Below are positions 8,599-17,652 of a stretch of DNA of 36,123 nucleotides, one piece after another (position 1 is the first letter of the stretch; every line of letters begins with the position of its first letter). Origin of the DNA: Acidimicrobiaceae bacterium (lineage in GTDB: Bacteria; Actinomycetota; Acidimicrobiia; Acidimicrobiales; Bog-793). The stretch is taken from positions 1 through 36,123 of the forward strand of contig DAHUZG010000078.1 of NCBI GenBank assembly GCA_027306715.1, given 5' to 3'. A model generated the notes under the pieces. That model saw only the letters and a program-made list of their open reading frames with translations. It was not told the DNA's origin and made no database searches. Both the position numbers and the translations under genes were made by a program.

Positions 8599-9489
8599 AT
8601 GCCGTACGTGACCAGCGGTGTCAACACCGCGGCGCGAAGCGCCGACGGTGCCGTCGGCGCGGCGAGCGGGGAGACGGGGGCGGCGCCGACCGAAGGCCGC
8701 GCCAACGGCACCGTCGACATCCAGTCGGTCGCCCGTGCCGCTGACGTGCTGCGCGCCCTCGCCGCCTCCCCCGACGGGCTCAGCCTCGCCCAGATCTCCT
8801 CGGTCGTCCGCCTCTCGCGCTCGACGGTCCACCGTATCGTCCTGGCGCTGGTGCGCCAGGACTTCGTGCGCTCGACCGAGTCCGGCTACCGCCTCGGCCC
8901 GGGCCTGCTCCGGCTCGCCGAGGCGAGCCGCTCGAGCTTCGAGGTCGACATCCACCACCATCTGACCGAGCTCTCCGCCGAGCTCAACGAGACGGTCGAT
9001 CTCTCGGTGATGACGGGACAGGCGATCACCTTCGTCGACCAGATCGTCGCCCGCCGCCGTCTGCGCGCCGTGTCGGGGATCGGAGTGTCGTTCCCCCTGC
9101 ACTGCACCGCCAACGGAAAGGCGGTGCTCGCCGCATTGCCGCCGGGCTCGCTCGACGAGCTCTTGCCCCCTCGTCTCGAGCGCTTCACGCCGGCGACCCA
9201 TGTCGACCGCGAGGCCCTCGGGCGCGAGCTCGACGAGGTCCGTGAGCGCGGCATCGCGTTCGACCGCGAGGAGCACACCGTCGGCATCTGCGCCGTCGGG
9301 ATGGCGCTGCGCGCCCCTGACGGAAGCTGGCACGCGGTCTCGGTCCCGCTTCCTGCGACGCGTTTCTACGGCCACGAGGAGCGCCTCGCCACGGCGCTGC
9401 ACGACGCCTACCGGCGGATGGTCGGAGAGCCGTCGGCGGCAGCCGCCGAGCCTCGCCGGGCTCGTCGCCGCGCCGGATCACGGGGATGA
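8599..9489 (+). CDS. IclR family transcriptional regulator
   Basis: wHTH LSLAQISSVVRLSRSTVHRIVLALV followed by an IclR effector domain (…FDREEHTVGICAVGMALRAPDG…). Divergent from the cyclase-cupin operon. Start ATG 8599 is in the frame of track ORF 8296..9489; the exact start is uncertain. Confidence 0.85.
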   Translation: MPYVTSGVNTAARSADGAVGAASGETGAAPTEGRANGTVDIQSVARAADVLRALAASPDGLSLAQISSVVRLSRSTVHRIVLALVRQDFVRSTESGYRLGPGLLRLAEASRSSFEVDIHHHLTELSAELNETVDLSVMTGQAITFVDQIVARRRLRAVSGIGVSFPLHCTANGKAVLAALPPGSLDELLPPRLERFTPATHVDREALGRELDEVRERGIAFDREEHTVGICAVGMALRAPDGSWHAVSVPLPATRFYGHEERLATALHDAYRRMVGEPSAAAAEPRRARRRAGSRG

Positions 9490-9607
9490 CGCGGCCGTAG
9501 CCGTCCCGCGGCGTGGACCGTAGCCCGCGTGGGCCCTGGGGGCCAATCTCGACCGGCAGCTCGGGGCGGGGAGGGGCGGGGGCCGCGTCGTCGCTCCGGG
9601 TGAGCCG

Positions 9608-9637
9608 ATTGACGCCGCGCCCCGGAGAGACCTACGT
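9608..9637 (+). promoter_or_regulatory. Candidate sigma-70-type promoter TTGACG-18-TACGTT upstream of the Amidohydro_2 A operon
   Basis: Read from the sequence. About 100 nt upstream of GTG 9740. Confidence 0.35.
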
Positions 9638-9739
9638 TCGCGGCGGGGCCGCCGTGCTGGCGGCAGGACGCGATGTCGGGGCAGCTGGCGCGGCCCGCCA
9701 GGCGAGCGTCGCCTCGTTGATCCGAAGGGGGGCCTGACC

Positions 9740-10816
9740 GTGGCTGCATCCGATGACGCCGCGACCGCCGGCGCGGCCGCTGGCGGCACGCCCGCCGGTC
9801 AGGCGCACGCCGGAAGGGCGCAGCGTCCGGCGCTCGACTGCCATGCGCACTTCATGCCGCCGGCATTCGTGTCGGCGCTCGAAGAGTGGTCGGCGGACCC
9901 GACCGTCGCCGCCGGGCTCGGCCAGCTCGAGCAGATGCGGGCGAGCGGGAGCTACGCGGGCCTCTTCGCCGGGCTCGGCGAGCGTGCCGCGGGGATGGAG
10001 AGCGCCGGGATCGGGACGCAGCTGCTCAGCATGGCGACGCCGTACATCCACCCCGACGACGAGGGGGCGGCGGCTGCGGTTGCCCGAACGTGGAACGATG
10101 CCTGCCATGAGGCGGTGAGCGGGCACCGGGGCCGCTTCGCCGTGTTTGCCAGTGTGCCGATCCGCCACGTCGCGGCCGCCGTGGCCGAGACCGAGCGCGT
10201 CCTCGGCCGTTCGACCACCGCCGGCTTCAACGTCAACACCCACACCGCCGGCTTCGGCCTCGACGACCCGTCGCTCGCACCTCTTTACGAGCTGTGGGAC
10301 GAGCGCGAGGTGACGGTCTTTCTTCACCCGAACGGCTTCTGCGTGAAGGGCATCCTCGACGACTACAGCATGGAGTGGGACCTCGGGACCCAGTTCGACG
10401 ACGTCATCGCCGTGACGAGGCTGATCTACGCCGGGGTCCCGGAGCGATTCCCCGGCATCAAGTGGATCGTGCCGCACCTCGGCGGCGCCCTGCCGTTCCT
10501 GCTCGAGCGCCTCGACCAGCACTGGGAGCGCGACCGCGGTGAGCGGGCGCTCAAGGTCTTCCCGAGCGCGGCAGTGCGTGCGCTGTATTTCGACACCGCC
10601 GGGCACGGCCGCGACTCGATCCGGTTCGGGCTCGACAAGCTCGGCTTTGAGCGCGTCGTTCTCGGCAGCGACTTCCCGATGATCGGCGCCCACGACATCG
10701 GGCTCGCCGCCCGGACCGTCGCCGGCGCCTGCAGCACCTTCGAGGAGGCCGACGCGGTGCTGCGAGGCAACGCCGAGCGGCTCCTTCCCCGAGAAGCGAT
10801 CGCCGCCGGCGGCTGA
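9740..10816 (+). CDS. Amidohydro_2 (ACMSD-type) family hydrolase/decarboxylase, paralogue A
   Basis: LDCHAHF (HxH), FLHP and GSDFPM metal-ligand motifs. GTG start 7 nt after GAAGGGGGG. Confidence 0.8.
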   Translation: MAASDDAATAGAAAGGTPAGQAHAGRAQRPALDCHAHFMPPAFVSALEEWSADPTVAAGLGQLEQMRASGSYAGLFAGLGERAAGMESAGIGTQLLSMATPYIHPDDEGAAAAVARTWNDACHEAVSGHRGRFAVFASVPIRHVAAAVAETERVLGRSTTAGFNVNTHTAGFGLDDPSLAPLYELWDEREVTVFLHPNGFCVKGILDDYSMEWDLGTQFDDVIAVTRLIYAGVPERFPGIKWIVPHLGGALPFLLERLDQHWERDRGERALKVFPSAAVRALYFDTAGHGRDSIRFGLDKLGFERVVLGSDFPMIGAHDIGLAARTVAGACSTFEEADAVLRGNAERLLPREAIAAGG

Positions 10817-10856
10817 GCGATCCGGGGCCGGGTCGCTCCCGAGGGGCGACGGCCGG

Positions 10857-10885
10857 TTGACGCTGCCCGGGGCCGTCGGTACGCT
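10857..10885 (+). promoter_or_regulatory. Candidate promoter TTGACG-17-TACGCT upstream of the SDR/HCDH/CocE genes
   Basis: Read from the sequence. Same -35 hexamer as the 9608 candidate. Confidence 0.35.
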
Positions 10886-10890
10886 CACCA

Positions 10891-10902
10891 AGACACGTGT
10901 CT
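10891..10902. promoter_or_regulatory. Perfect 12-bp palindrome AGACACGTGTCT (candidate operator)
   Basis: Starts 5 nt after the candidate -10 at 10880-10885. Confidence 0.35.
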
Positions 10903-10951
10903 CAGCTGGTGGGAAGTGTCACCCGTTCGCAATATTGAGGTGGGGGGGACG

Positions 10952-11740
10952 ATGGACGCGGCTCGTGGCGACAGCTTCTCGGTCTCGGGGCGGTCGGTGA
11001 TGGTCGTCGGAGCGACCGGCGCCCTCGGCCAGGCCGTGGCGCGGGACCTCTGCGCCGGCGCTGCGAGGGTCACCCTCACCGGTGGCAATGCCGACAAGCT
11101 CGAGGAGCTGCGCGAGGAGCTCGCCAAGACCGGCGAGGTCTGCGCCGTCAACCGGCGGCCGGATGGCGAGGCCGACGCAGCTGCGATGGTCGCCGCCGCG
11201 CTCGCCGCCTTCGACGGCCTCGACGGCCTCGTCGTAGCCGGCGGCGCGAACCGGGTGGCCCTCATCGAGGAGATGACGACCGAGCAATTCGACGAGGTGA
11301 TGGAAGCGAACGTCCGCAGCACGTGGATGATCGCCCGGGCCTTCGGCCGCCACGCCAAGCCCCGAGGCGAGGGCGGCTCGGTCGTGCTCGTCTCCTCGAC
11401 GCGTGGCGCTCTCGGCCATCCGGCGGGCTACTCCGCCTACTCCACCTCGAAAGGCGCCGTCAACCTTCTCAACCGGACGCTCGCTGCCGAATGGGGCGCG
11501 GCGCAGATCCGCGTCAATGCCGTCGCTCCGACGGTGTTCCGGTCGGATCTGACGGCTTGGATGTACGAGGACAACCCCCGCGCCACCGCTGTGCGGGAGG
11601 CCTTCCTCGCCCGCATCCCGCTCGGCCGCCTCGCCGAGCCTGACGACGTCACCGGTCCGGTGCGCTTCTTCTTGAGCGACGCCGCCCGCTTCATCACCGG
11701 CCAGGTGCTCTACGTGGACGGCGGCTACACGGCGTGCTGA
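10952..11740 (+). CDS. Short-chain dehydrogenase/reductase (SDR)
   Basis: VVGATGALGQAV cofactor motif and YSTSKGAV (YxxxK). Start set at ATG 10952 after GAGGTGGGGGG (track start 10916 is upstream in the same frame). Confidence 0.8.
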   Translation: MDAARGDSFSVSGRSVMVVGATGALGQAVARDLCAGAARVTLTGGNADKLEELREELAKTGEVCAVNRRPDGEADAAAMVAAALAAFDGLDGLVVAGGANRVALIEEMTTEQFDEVMEANVRSTWMIARAFGRHAKPRGEGGSVVLVSSTRGALGHPAGYSAYSTSKGAVNLLNRTLAAEWGAAQIRVNAVAPTVFRSDLTAWMYEDNPRATAVREAFLARIPLGRLAEPDDVTGPVRFFLSDAARFITGQVLYVDGGYTAC

Positions 11741-12684
11741 ACCGCCGCTCCGGCGGCCTCCCCCGGCCGTTCGACGGCGACTCGGTCGCTGTCATCGGGG
11801 GCGGGCTGATGGGGCACGGCATCGCTGCCGTGTTCGCCTCGGGCGGCTACGAGGTGAGCTGCGTCGAGCCCGTCGAGGCCGTCCGCCGGTCCCTCGTCGA
11901 GCGGGTGGCCGGCGCGCTCAGCGCCATGGGCGCGTCGGCCGCGCAGGCGCAGCTCGTCCGACCCCTCGCCAGCCTCGAGGAGCTGCCGCCCGGCACCGGG
12001 TTCGTCACCGAGGCGGCGCCGGAGGACCTCGCGCTGAAGCAGCGGCTGCTCGCCGACCTCGGCGAGCACCTGCCGGCCGCGGCGATCGCCAGCAACACCT
12101 CGGTGTTCCGGGTCAAAGACGTCGCTGCCGAGGTCGAGACGCCGGGCCGGGTCGTCGGCACGCACTGGTGGAACCCGCCGTACCTGATCCCGCTCGTCGA
12201 GGTCGTCCAGGGCGCGGCGACCGCGCCCGAGGTGGCGGAGGGCACGATCGCCCTTCTCCGCTCGCTCGGCAAGCTCGCCGTGCACGTGAGGGGCGACTCG
12301 CCCGGCTTCGTCGGCAACCGCCTGCAGCATGCGATGTGGCGCGAGGCGATGGCGGTGATCGACGAGGGCCTCTGCGATCCCGAGACCGTCGACCTCGTGG
12401 TCAAGAACAGCTTCGGGCTGCGGCTGTCGGTGCTCGGCCCGATCGAGAACGCCGACTACGTCGGGCTCGACCTGACGCGGGCGATCCACGAGTACGTCTT
12501 CCCGGCGCTCAGCCGCGCCGAGCGCCCGATCGCCGTGCTCGAGCAGCACGTCGCCGCCGGCGAGCTCGGGGCGCCGAGCGGGCGCGGCTTTTTCGAGTGG
12601 ACACCGGAGCGCCGTGCCGCCACCGGCGCTCGGATCGGCGAGCGGATCCGGCTCCTGCTCGACCAGCCGGGCGCCGGCGAGTAG
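11734..12684 (+). CDS. 3-hydroxyacyl-CoA dehydrogenase family enzyme (beta-hydroxy-acid dehydrogenase; L-carnitine/L-gulonate dehydrogenase-like)
   Basis: VAVIGGGLMGHGIA Rossmann motif, NTSVF, HWWNPPYLIPLVEV, GFVGNRLQHAMWREA. GTG start overlaps the SDR stop (GTGCTGA). Confidence 0.85.
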   Translation: MLNRRSGGLPRPFDGDSVAVIGGGLMGHGIAAVFASGGYEVSCVEPVEAVRRSLVERVAGALSAMGASAAQAQLVRPLASLEELPPGTGFVTEAAPEDLALKQRLLADLGEHLPAAAIASNTSVFRVKDVAAEVETPGRVVGTHWWNPPYLIPLVEVVQGAATAPEVAEGTIALLRSLGKLAVHVRGDSPGFVGNRLQHAMWREAMAVIDEGLCDPETVDLVVKNSFGLRLSVLGPIENADYVGLDLTRAIHEYVFPALSRAERPIAVLEQHVAAGELGAPSGRGFFEWTPERRAATGARIGERIRLLLDQPGAGE

Positions 12685-12738
12685 CCGGCAACGGCTCACG
12701 TTCGTCCCCCCTGCGAGCCCCTGCGAGAAAGGCACGAC

Positions 12739-14583
12739 ATGGCCAGAACCCCGCCGAGCGACCTGCTGCTCAACTCGCCCGAGATGCCTCCGCCGGCCTA
12801 CGACCGGCCGCCACAGTACGAGGGCATGGTCTGGGAGCGGGACGTGATGATCCCGGCGCGCGATGGCGTCGGGCTGTGCGGCGACATCTACCGACCCGAC
12901 GCCGAGGGCAGGTTCCCCGTCCTTCTCGCCTTCGCCCCGCACAACAAGGACCTGCAGACCCCCGACGCCACCGAGCGGGCGCCGGCGATCGGTCCTCAGC
13001 CGGCCTACTCGGCGTGGTGGATGGGTGCTCAGGAGGCAGGCGACACCCGCTTCTTTGTCTCGCGCGGCTACGCGCATGCCACGTTCAACCCCCGTGGGAT
13101 CGGCAAGTCCGACGACGGCCCGGACGTCGAGAGCCCGTGGATCGGCGCCCGCTACGACGTCTATGACGTCATCGAGTGGCTGGCGGCCCAGCCCTGGTGC
13201 GACGGCAACGTCGGGATGATCGGCATCTCCGCCTTCGGCAGCTCGCAGTTCCACGCCGCCACGCTCGAGCCGCCGCATCTCAAGGCGATCTTCCCCTACG
13301 ACCCGGGGTCCGCCTACGGCGAGATGGTGACGGGCTTTCGCGACATGTACCCGGGCGGGGTGGTGCACCCGTTCATCTACTTCCTCGACCCCCTCGGCGT
13401 GGCGCACCTGCATCGGGGCCAGCCGCCGGGGCTCGAGGGGGAGCGGCTGGAGCGCTGGCTGGCGGCCGTCGACAACCCCGACTTCCGGATGTACCTCAAC
13501 CTCTACAACGTGCTCACCCAGCGAGGCGAGCACACGCCGTACATCTTCGACCTGCTGCTGAACCCCTACGACAGCGAGGAGTGGATGCGGGTCTCGGAGG
13601 AGAGGTTCCCGAAGGTCAAGCTGCCCGCCTACACCGGCTGCGGCTGGTACGCCTACTCCTACAAGACTCACATGCAGGGTTGCCAGCACTGGTTCGACAA
13701 GCTGCAGGGCGAGAAGAGGCTGCTGTTCACCGGTCCGGCGCACCTCGAGCGACCCTGGCACGCCTTCCACAACGAGGTGCTGCGCTGGTACGACTACTGG
13801 CTGAAGGGCATCGACACCGGGATCACCGACGAGCCCAGGGTGAAGTACTGGCTGATGGGCGCCAACGAGTGGCGGCTCGGCGACGACTGGCCCCTGCCGC
13901 AGACGAGGTGGACCAAGCTCTACCTCTCGAGCTGGGGGCGGTTGCGCGCCGAGCCGTTCCCGCCGTCGAGCCGCGACGATCTCGAGGAGCCGGACGCCTT
14001 TGTCCAGATGCCGCCGACCCAGACACGCGAGGTGGCCTCGCTGCGCTACATGACCGACCCGTTGCCCCACGACGTCGAGATCACCGGGCCCTCGGTGCTC
14101 AACCTCTACGCCTCGGTCGACCAGGACGACACCAACTGGATCATCATCTTGAAAGACGTCGGGCCCGACGTCTCGGTCCGCACGGCGCGCGAGGGCGAGA
14201 CGGCGGTCCCCGGGGACCTTCCCGAGCGCGAGCTCGTGCGCGGCTGGCTGAAGGCGTCGCACCGGGCGATCGACGGGTCGCGCTCGAAGCCGTGGAAGCC
14301 CTGGCACCCGCTCACCCGCGAGGCCCAGCAGCCGGTCGTGCCCGGAGAGGTGACGGAGTACTCGATCGAGATCCTGGCGACCTCGAACCTGTTCAAGGCC
14401 GGCCACCGGATCTGTGTCGAGATCACGAGCATGGACATGCCGACCGGCACGGCCGGATTCCACAACGTCGAGTACTTCCCCTACCACGTCTGCAGCTCCC
14501 AGACGACCCTTCACAAGGTGCACCACTCGAGCCGCTATCCCTCGCACCTGCTCGTCCCCGTGATCCCTGCGGGCGATGACTGA
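12739..14583 (+). CDS. CocE/NonD family (peptidase S15) hydrolase, paralogue 1
   Basis: S15 alpha/beta-hydrolase core (NPRGIGKSDDG, QPWCDGNVGMIGISAFG nucleophile elbow) plus a C-terminal beta-sandwich domain (…HRICVEITSMD…). Confidence 0.85.
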   Translation: MARTPPSDLLLNSPEMPPPAYDRPPQYEGMVWERDVMIPARDGVGLCGDIYRPDAEGRFPVLLAFAPHNKDLQTPDATERAPAIGPQPAYSAWWMGAQEAGDTRFFVSRGYAHATFNPRGIGKSDDGPDVESPWIGARYDVYDVIEWLAAQPWCDGNVGMIGISAFGSSQFHAATLEPPHLKAIFPYDPGSAYGEMVTGFRDMYPGGVVHPFIYFLDPLGVAHLHRGQPPGLEGERLERWLAAVDNPDFRMYLNLYNVLTQRGEHTPYIFDLLLNPYDSEEWMRVSEERFPKVKLPAYTGCGWYAYSYKTHMQGCQHWFDKLQGEKRLLFTGPAHLERPWHAFHNEVLRWYDYWLKGIDTGITDEPRVKYWLMGANEWRLGDDWPLPQTRWTKLYLSSWGRLRAEPFPPSSRDDLEEPDAFVQMPPTQTREVASLRYMTDPLPHDVEITGPSVLNLYASVDQDDTNWIIILKDVGPDVSVRTAREGETAVPGDLPERELVRGWLKASHRAIDGSRSKPWKPWHPLTREAQQPVVPGEVTEYSIEILATSNLFKAGHRICVEITSMDMPTGTAGFHNVEYFPYHVCSSQTTLHKVHHSSRYPSHLLVPVIPAGDD

Positions 14584-14634
14584 GCGCCCGGGAACGCCAC
14601 GACGGCCGGCGAGCCGGCGAGAGGAGGGTGTCCG

Positions 14635-16350
14635 ATGATCGGGACGACGTGGGCGACCTCGCCGCGCCAGTACCGGGCGAAGCTCGAGGAGAAGGTGATG
14701 ATCCCGGTCAGCGCCGGGCACTCGCTCGAGGCCCAGGTCTACCGGCCGGCGGCAGACGGCCGCTTCCCGGCGATCCTCTCGCCGTCGCCCTACGCCTACG
14801 CCGACCAGGTGGCGCCGCTCGTGCCCGAGGCCTTCTCGCACCGGCGCGGGCACATCGAGGCCGGCGACCCGTATTTCTACGCCCGGCGCGGCTACAGCCA
14901 CGTGCTCGTCAACCTGCGCGGGACGGGCGGCTCGGGCGGGGAGTTCGACAACCTCGGCCACGGCTCGATCGACGACATCTGCGACGCCGTCGGCTGGCTC
15001 GCCTCGCAACCGTGGTGCGACGGGCAGGTGGCGATGTTCGGAGCTTCGTACTTCTCGCTCGTCGCCAACCACGTCGCTGCCCGCCAGCCGGAGGGGCTCG
15101 CGTGCGTCTTCGCCCCTTTTGCCTGGACCGACGCCTACCGCGACCGCTACTACCACGGCGGGATCCTCAACCACGGCTTCACCAAGGCGTGGTTCGCCAC
15201 GCTCCCGCCGACCCGCTTCGCCGGGGGAGGCCTGCGCCAGCGCTGGGGCGAGGAGCGCTACCAGCAGGCGCTGGCGGCCGCCAAGGCCGACCCCGAGCTC
15301 ACCGCCGTGCCGTTCCTCGTCGATGTGCTCGAGGACCCCGATCAAGGTGGCAACCGGTTCATCATCGAGCTGCTGCTGCAGCCCTTTGACGGCGAGTTCT
15401 ACCGTGAGCGCTCGGTCGACTACAGCCTCGGCTCGACGGTGCCCGGCTACTTCGGCGCCTGCTGGGGCGTCTACGGCAACCACCTGCCGGGTGCGTTCCG
15501 CAGCTATGGGAGCTGGGCCGGCCCGCGCAAGCTGACGATCGGGCCGCCGATCTACCTCGACCGCCCGCTCTACCAGTACGCCCACGAGTCGCTTCGCTTC
15601 TTCGACCACTTCATGAAGGGCAACGACACGGGGCTGTTCGACGAGCCGCCGATCACGCTGTTCGTCGACGGCGGGCGGGGCGAGTGGCGCACCGCCGAGA
15701 GCTGGCCGCTGCCCGAGACCCGGTGGACCCCCTTCTACCTGCACGAGGGGGGGCTTTTGAGCGAGCACGAGCTGTGGCCCGGCGAGTCGCCGTCGGGCTA
15801 CGCCGACTCCCCGTTCGAGCGCGGCGAGGTGAGCTTCACGACCCCCCCGATGGTCGAGGCGACGGAGGTCTGCGGACCGATGGCGCTCAAGCTGTGGGCC
15901 TCGACGACGGCACGGGACGCGCTGTTCTTCGTCTCGTTGTTCTACATCGACCCGGCCGGAGGGGAGCGCCTGCTCACCCGCGGCTGGCTGCGCGCCTCGC
16001 AGCGCGAGATCGACCCAGAACGCTCGCTGCCGTGGGCCCCGTACCATTCGCACACCCGCCGCCAGCCGCTCGAGCCCGAGGAGGTGTACGAGCTCGACAT
16101 CGAGGTGCGCCCGTACGCCATCCTCCTCGAGCCGGGCGCCCGGCTCCGCCTGCGGATCAAGAGCGCCGACGACGAGACGCCGAAGACGGCGCTCGAGGCG
16201 ATCGCCCAGGGTCATCTGCACGGCGCCAGCCACGCTCGGATCCGGATCTTCCACGACGACGAGCGGCCGTCGCACCTCCTGCTCCCGATCACGCGTGGCA
16301 ACCGGATCGGCACCTACGTCTCCGGTGGCGTGCAGGAGCCGCCCGGCTGA
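14635..16350 (+). CDS. CocE/NonD family (peptidase S15) hydrolase, paralogue 2
   Basis: NLRGTGGSGGEF and QPWCDGQVAMFGASYFS nucleophile elbow. C-terminal beta-sandwich (…ARLRLRIKSADDE…). Confidence 0.85.
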   Translation: MIGTTWATSPRQYRAKLEEKVMIPVSAGHSLEAQVYRPAADGRFPAILSPSPYAYADQVAPLVPEAFSHRRGHIEAGDPYFYARRGYSHVLVNLRGTGGSGGEFDNLGHGSIDDICDAVGWLASQPWCDGQVAMFGASYFSLVANHVAARQPEGLACVFAPFAWTDAYRDRYYHGGILNHGFTKAWFATLPPTRFAGGGLRQRWGEERYQQALAAAKADPELTAVPFLVDVLEDPDQGGNRFIIELLLQPFDGEFYRERSVDYSLGSTVPGYFGACWGVYGNHLPGAFRSYGSWAGPRKLTIGPPIYLDRPLYQYAHESLRFFDHFMKGNDTGLFDEPPITLFVDGGRGEWRTAESWPLPETRWTPFYLHEGGLLSEHELWPGESPSGYADSPFERGEVSFTTPPMVEATEVCGPMALKLWASTTARDALFFVSLFYIDPAGGERLLTRGWLRASQREIDPERSLPWAPYHSHTRRQPLEPEEVYELDIEVRPYAILLEPGARLRLRIKSADDETPKTALEAIAQGHLHGASHARIRIFHDDERPSHLLLPITRGNRIGTYVSGGVQEPPG

Positions 16351-16362
16351 GCGCCGGCTGCT

Positions 16363-16422
16363 CCGAGTGCCGGCAGTCCCGAGTGCCGGCAGTCCCGAGT
16401 GAGGCGGCCCGAGTGCCGGCCC
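16363..16422. repeat. 16-bp tandem repeat CCGAGTGCCGGCAGTC (2 perfect + 2 degenerate copies)
   Basis: 16363-16378 and 16379-16394 are perfect. 16395-16408 and 16409-16422 are 14-bp variants. Each unit contains the palindrome TGCCGGCA. Confidence 0.9.
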
Positions 16423-16464
16423 AACATGACCGCCGGGCCGCCCGGCGAGCGAGGAGATGACACC

Positions 16465-17652
16465 ATGGTGCTGTCCGAGCGATTCGTGGCTGCGGTGTCC
16501 GACGACGAGCTCGAGCGGCGCTGGCGCGCCACGCGCCAGGCCATGGCCGGCGCCGGCCTCGACGTCCTCGTCGCCGAGAACAACAACAACTCTGTCGGCG
16601 GCTACGTGCAGTGGCTCACCGGTGTGCCGGCGACCAACGGGGTGCCGCTCACGGTCGTCTTCCCCCGCGACGACGAGATGACCGTGATCAACCACGGCCC
16701 GCGCGACGCCCGGCGCGAGCTGTCGGAGAGCGACGGCGTATGGCGCGGGGTGAAGGCGATCCGCTCGACGGCCTTCTTCGCCGCCGTCGGCTACACGAGC
16801 ACGAGCCAGAGCGCGCTCGTGGTCGAGGCGCTGGCGCCGTTCGCGACGGCGACGATCGGGCTGCTGACGCCGTTCCAGATGCTCTACTCGACTGTCGCCG
16901 ACGTCGCCTCGGCGTTGCCGTCAGCCCGCCTCGTCGACGCCGCCGACTCGATCGACCCGGTGAAGGTGCCGAAGTCGGCGGAGGAGATCGAGATGATCCG
17001 GCGTGCTGCCGCCATCCAGGACGCCGCCTTCGAGGCGGCGCTCGCGGCCATCGAGCCGGGGCGCACCGATCGCGAGGTGGCGGCCGCCGCCCAGGCGCGC
17101 AGCGTCGAGCTCGGCAGCGACCAGGGCTTCGTCCTCTGTGGCTCCTCCCCGCTCGGCCTGCCGGCGCACTTCGGGCCTTCTCACCTGCAAGGACGGGTGA
17201 TCAAGGAAGGCGACGTCGTCGCCCTGCTCGTCGAGAACAGCGGTCCGGGTGGGATGTGGAGCGAGCTCGGCCGCTCGGTCGTGCTCGGCAAGGCCCCCGA
17301 GCGCCTCCTCGAGGCGTTCGACTTCGCCTTCGCAGCCCAGAGCTTCACGCTCGAACGGCTCCGTCCCGGCGCCTCGGCGGCGCAGGTGCACGCCGAGTAC
17401 CAGGAGCACCTCCGCCAGCACGGGCGGCCGCCCGAGCGCCGCATCCATTGCCACGGCCAGGGCTACGACCTCGTCGAGCGACCTCTCATCCGTGACGACG
17501 AGACGATGCCCCTCCCGGACGTCCTCAACGTCGCCTGCCACCCCGGCTTCGACACCGAGGACGCGTTCTGCACGGTCTGTGATGGGTTCATCATCACCGC
17601 AGCCGGCGCCGAACGTCTGCACAAGACCGAGCAGAGGCTCTTCGAGCTGTGA
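16465..17652 (+). CDS. M24-fold (creatinase/prolidase superfamily) protein with non-canonical metal-ligand positions
   Basis: Creatinase_N-like N-terminus plus pita-bread core that aligns by eye with the M24 gene at 859-1998. Start ATG 16465 sits 7 nt after GGAGA (track start 16399 is upstream in the same frame). Confidence 0.75.
   Translation: MVLSERFVAAVSDDELERRWRATRQAMAGAGLDVLVAENNNNSVGGYVQWLTGVPATNGVPLTVVFPRDDEMTVINHGPRDARRELSESDGVWRGVKAIRSTAFFAAVGYTSTSQSALVVEALAPFATATIGLLTPFQMLYSTVADVASALPSARLVDAADSIDPVKVPKSAEEIEMIRRAAAIQDAAFEAALAAIEPGRTDREVAAAAQARSVELGSDQGFVLCGSSPLGLPAHFGPSHLQGRVIKEGDVVALLVENSGPGGMWSELGRSVVLGKAPERLLEAFDFAFAAQSFTLERLRPGASAAQVHAEYQEHLRQHGRPPERRIHCHGQGYDLVERPLIRDDETMPLPDVLNVACHPGFDTEDAFCTVCDGFIITAAGAERLHKTEQRLFEL

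Noticed and set aside
7337-9402. Track ORFs 7337..8578 (413 aa) and 7675..9402 (575 aa) taken at full length
   Set aside because: Only the C-terminal 112 and 272 codons respectively carry cupin and cyclase sequence. The upstream parts overlap other real genes (cyclase, IclR antisense) and are Arg/Gly-rich.
10673-10679. Extra TTCCCGA cores at 10673-10679 and 18500-18506 as further binding sites for the element's motif
   Set aside because: Both fall on the codons GAC TTC CCG ATG of the conserved GSDFPM motif in the two Amidohydro_2 paralogues. They are isolated coding coincidences, not clustered sites.
11725-16695. A 1656-aa minus-strand ORF spanning five plus-strand genes and their spacers
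   Set aside because: It is the codon-aligned antisense of four consecutive plus genes that all happen to start in the same phase (11734, 12739, 14635 and 16465 are each 1 mod 3). In very GC-rich DNA the sense codons TTA/CTA/TCA are rare, so that antisense frame lacks stops. Its translation is Arg/Gly/Val/Asp/His-rich with no motifs, whereas the plus-strand products match clear enzyme families.
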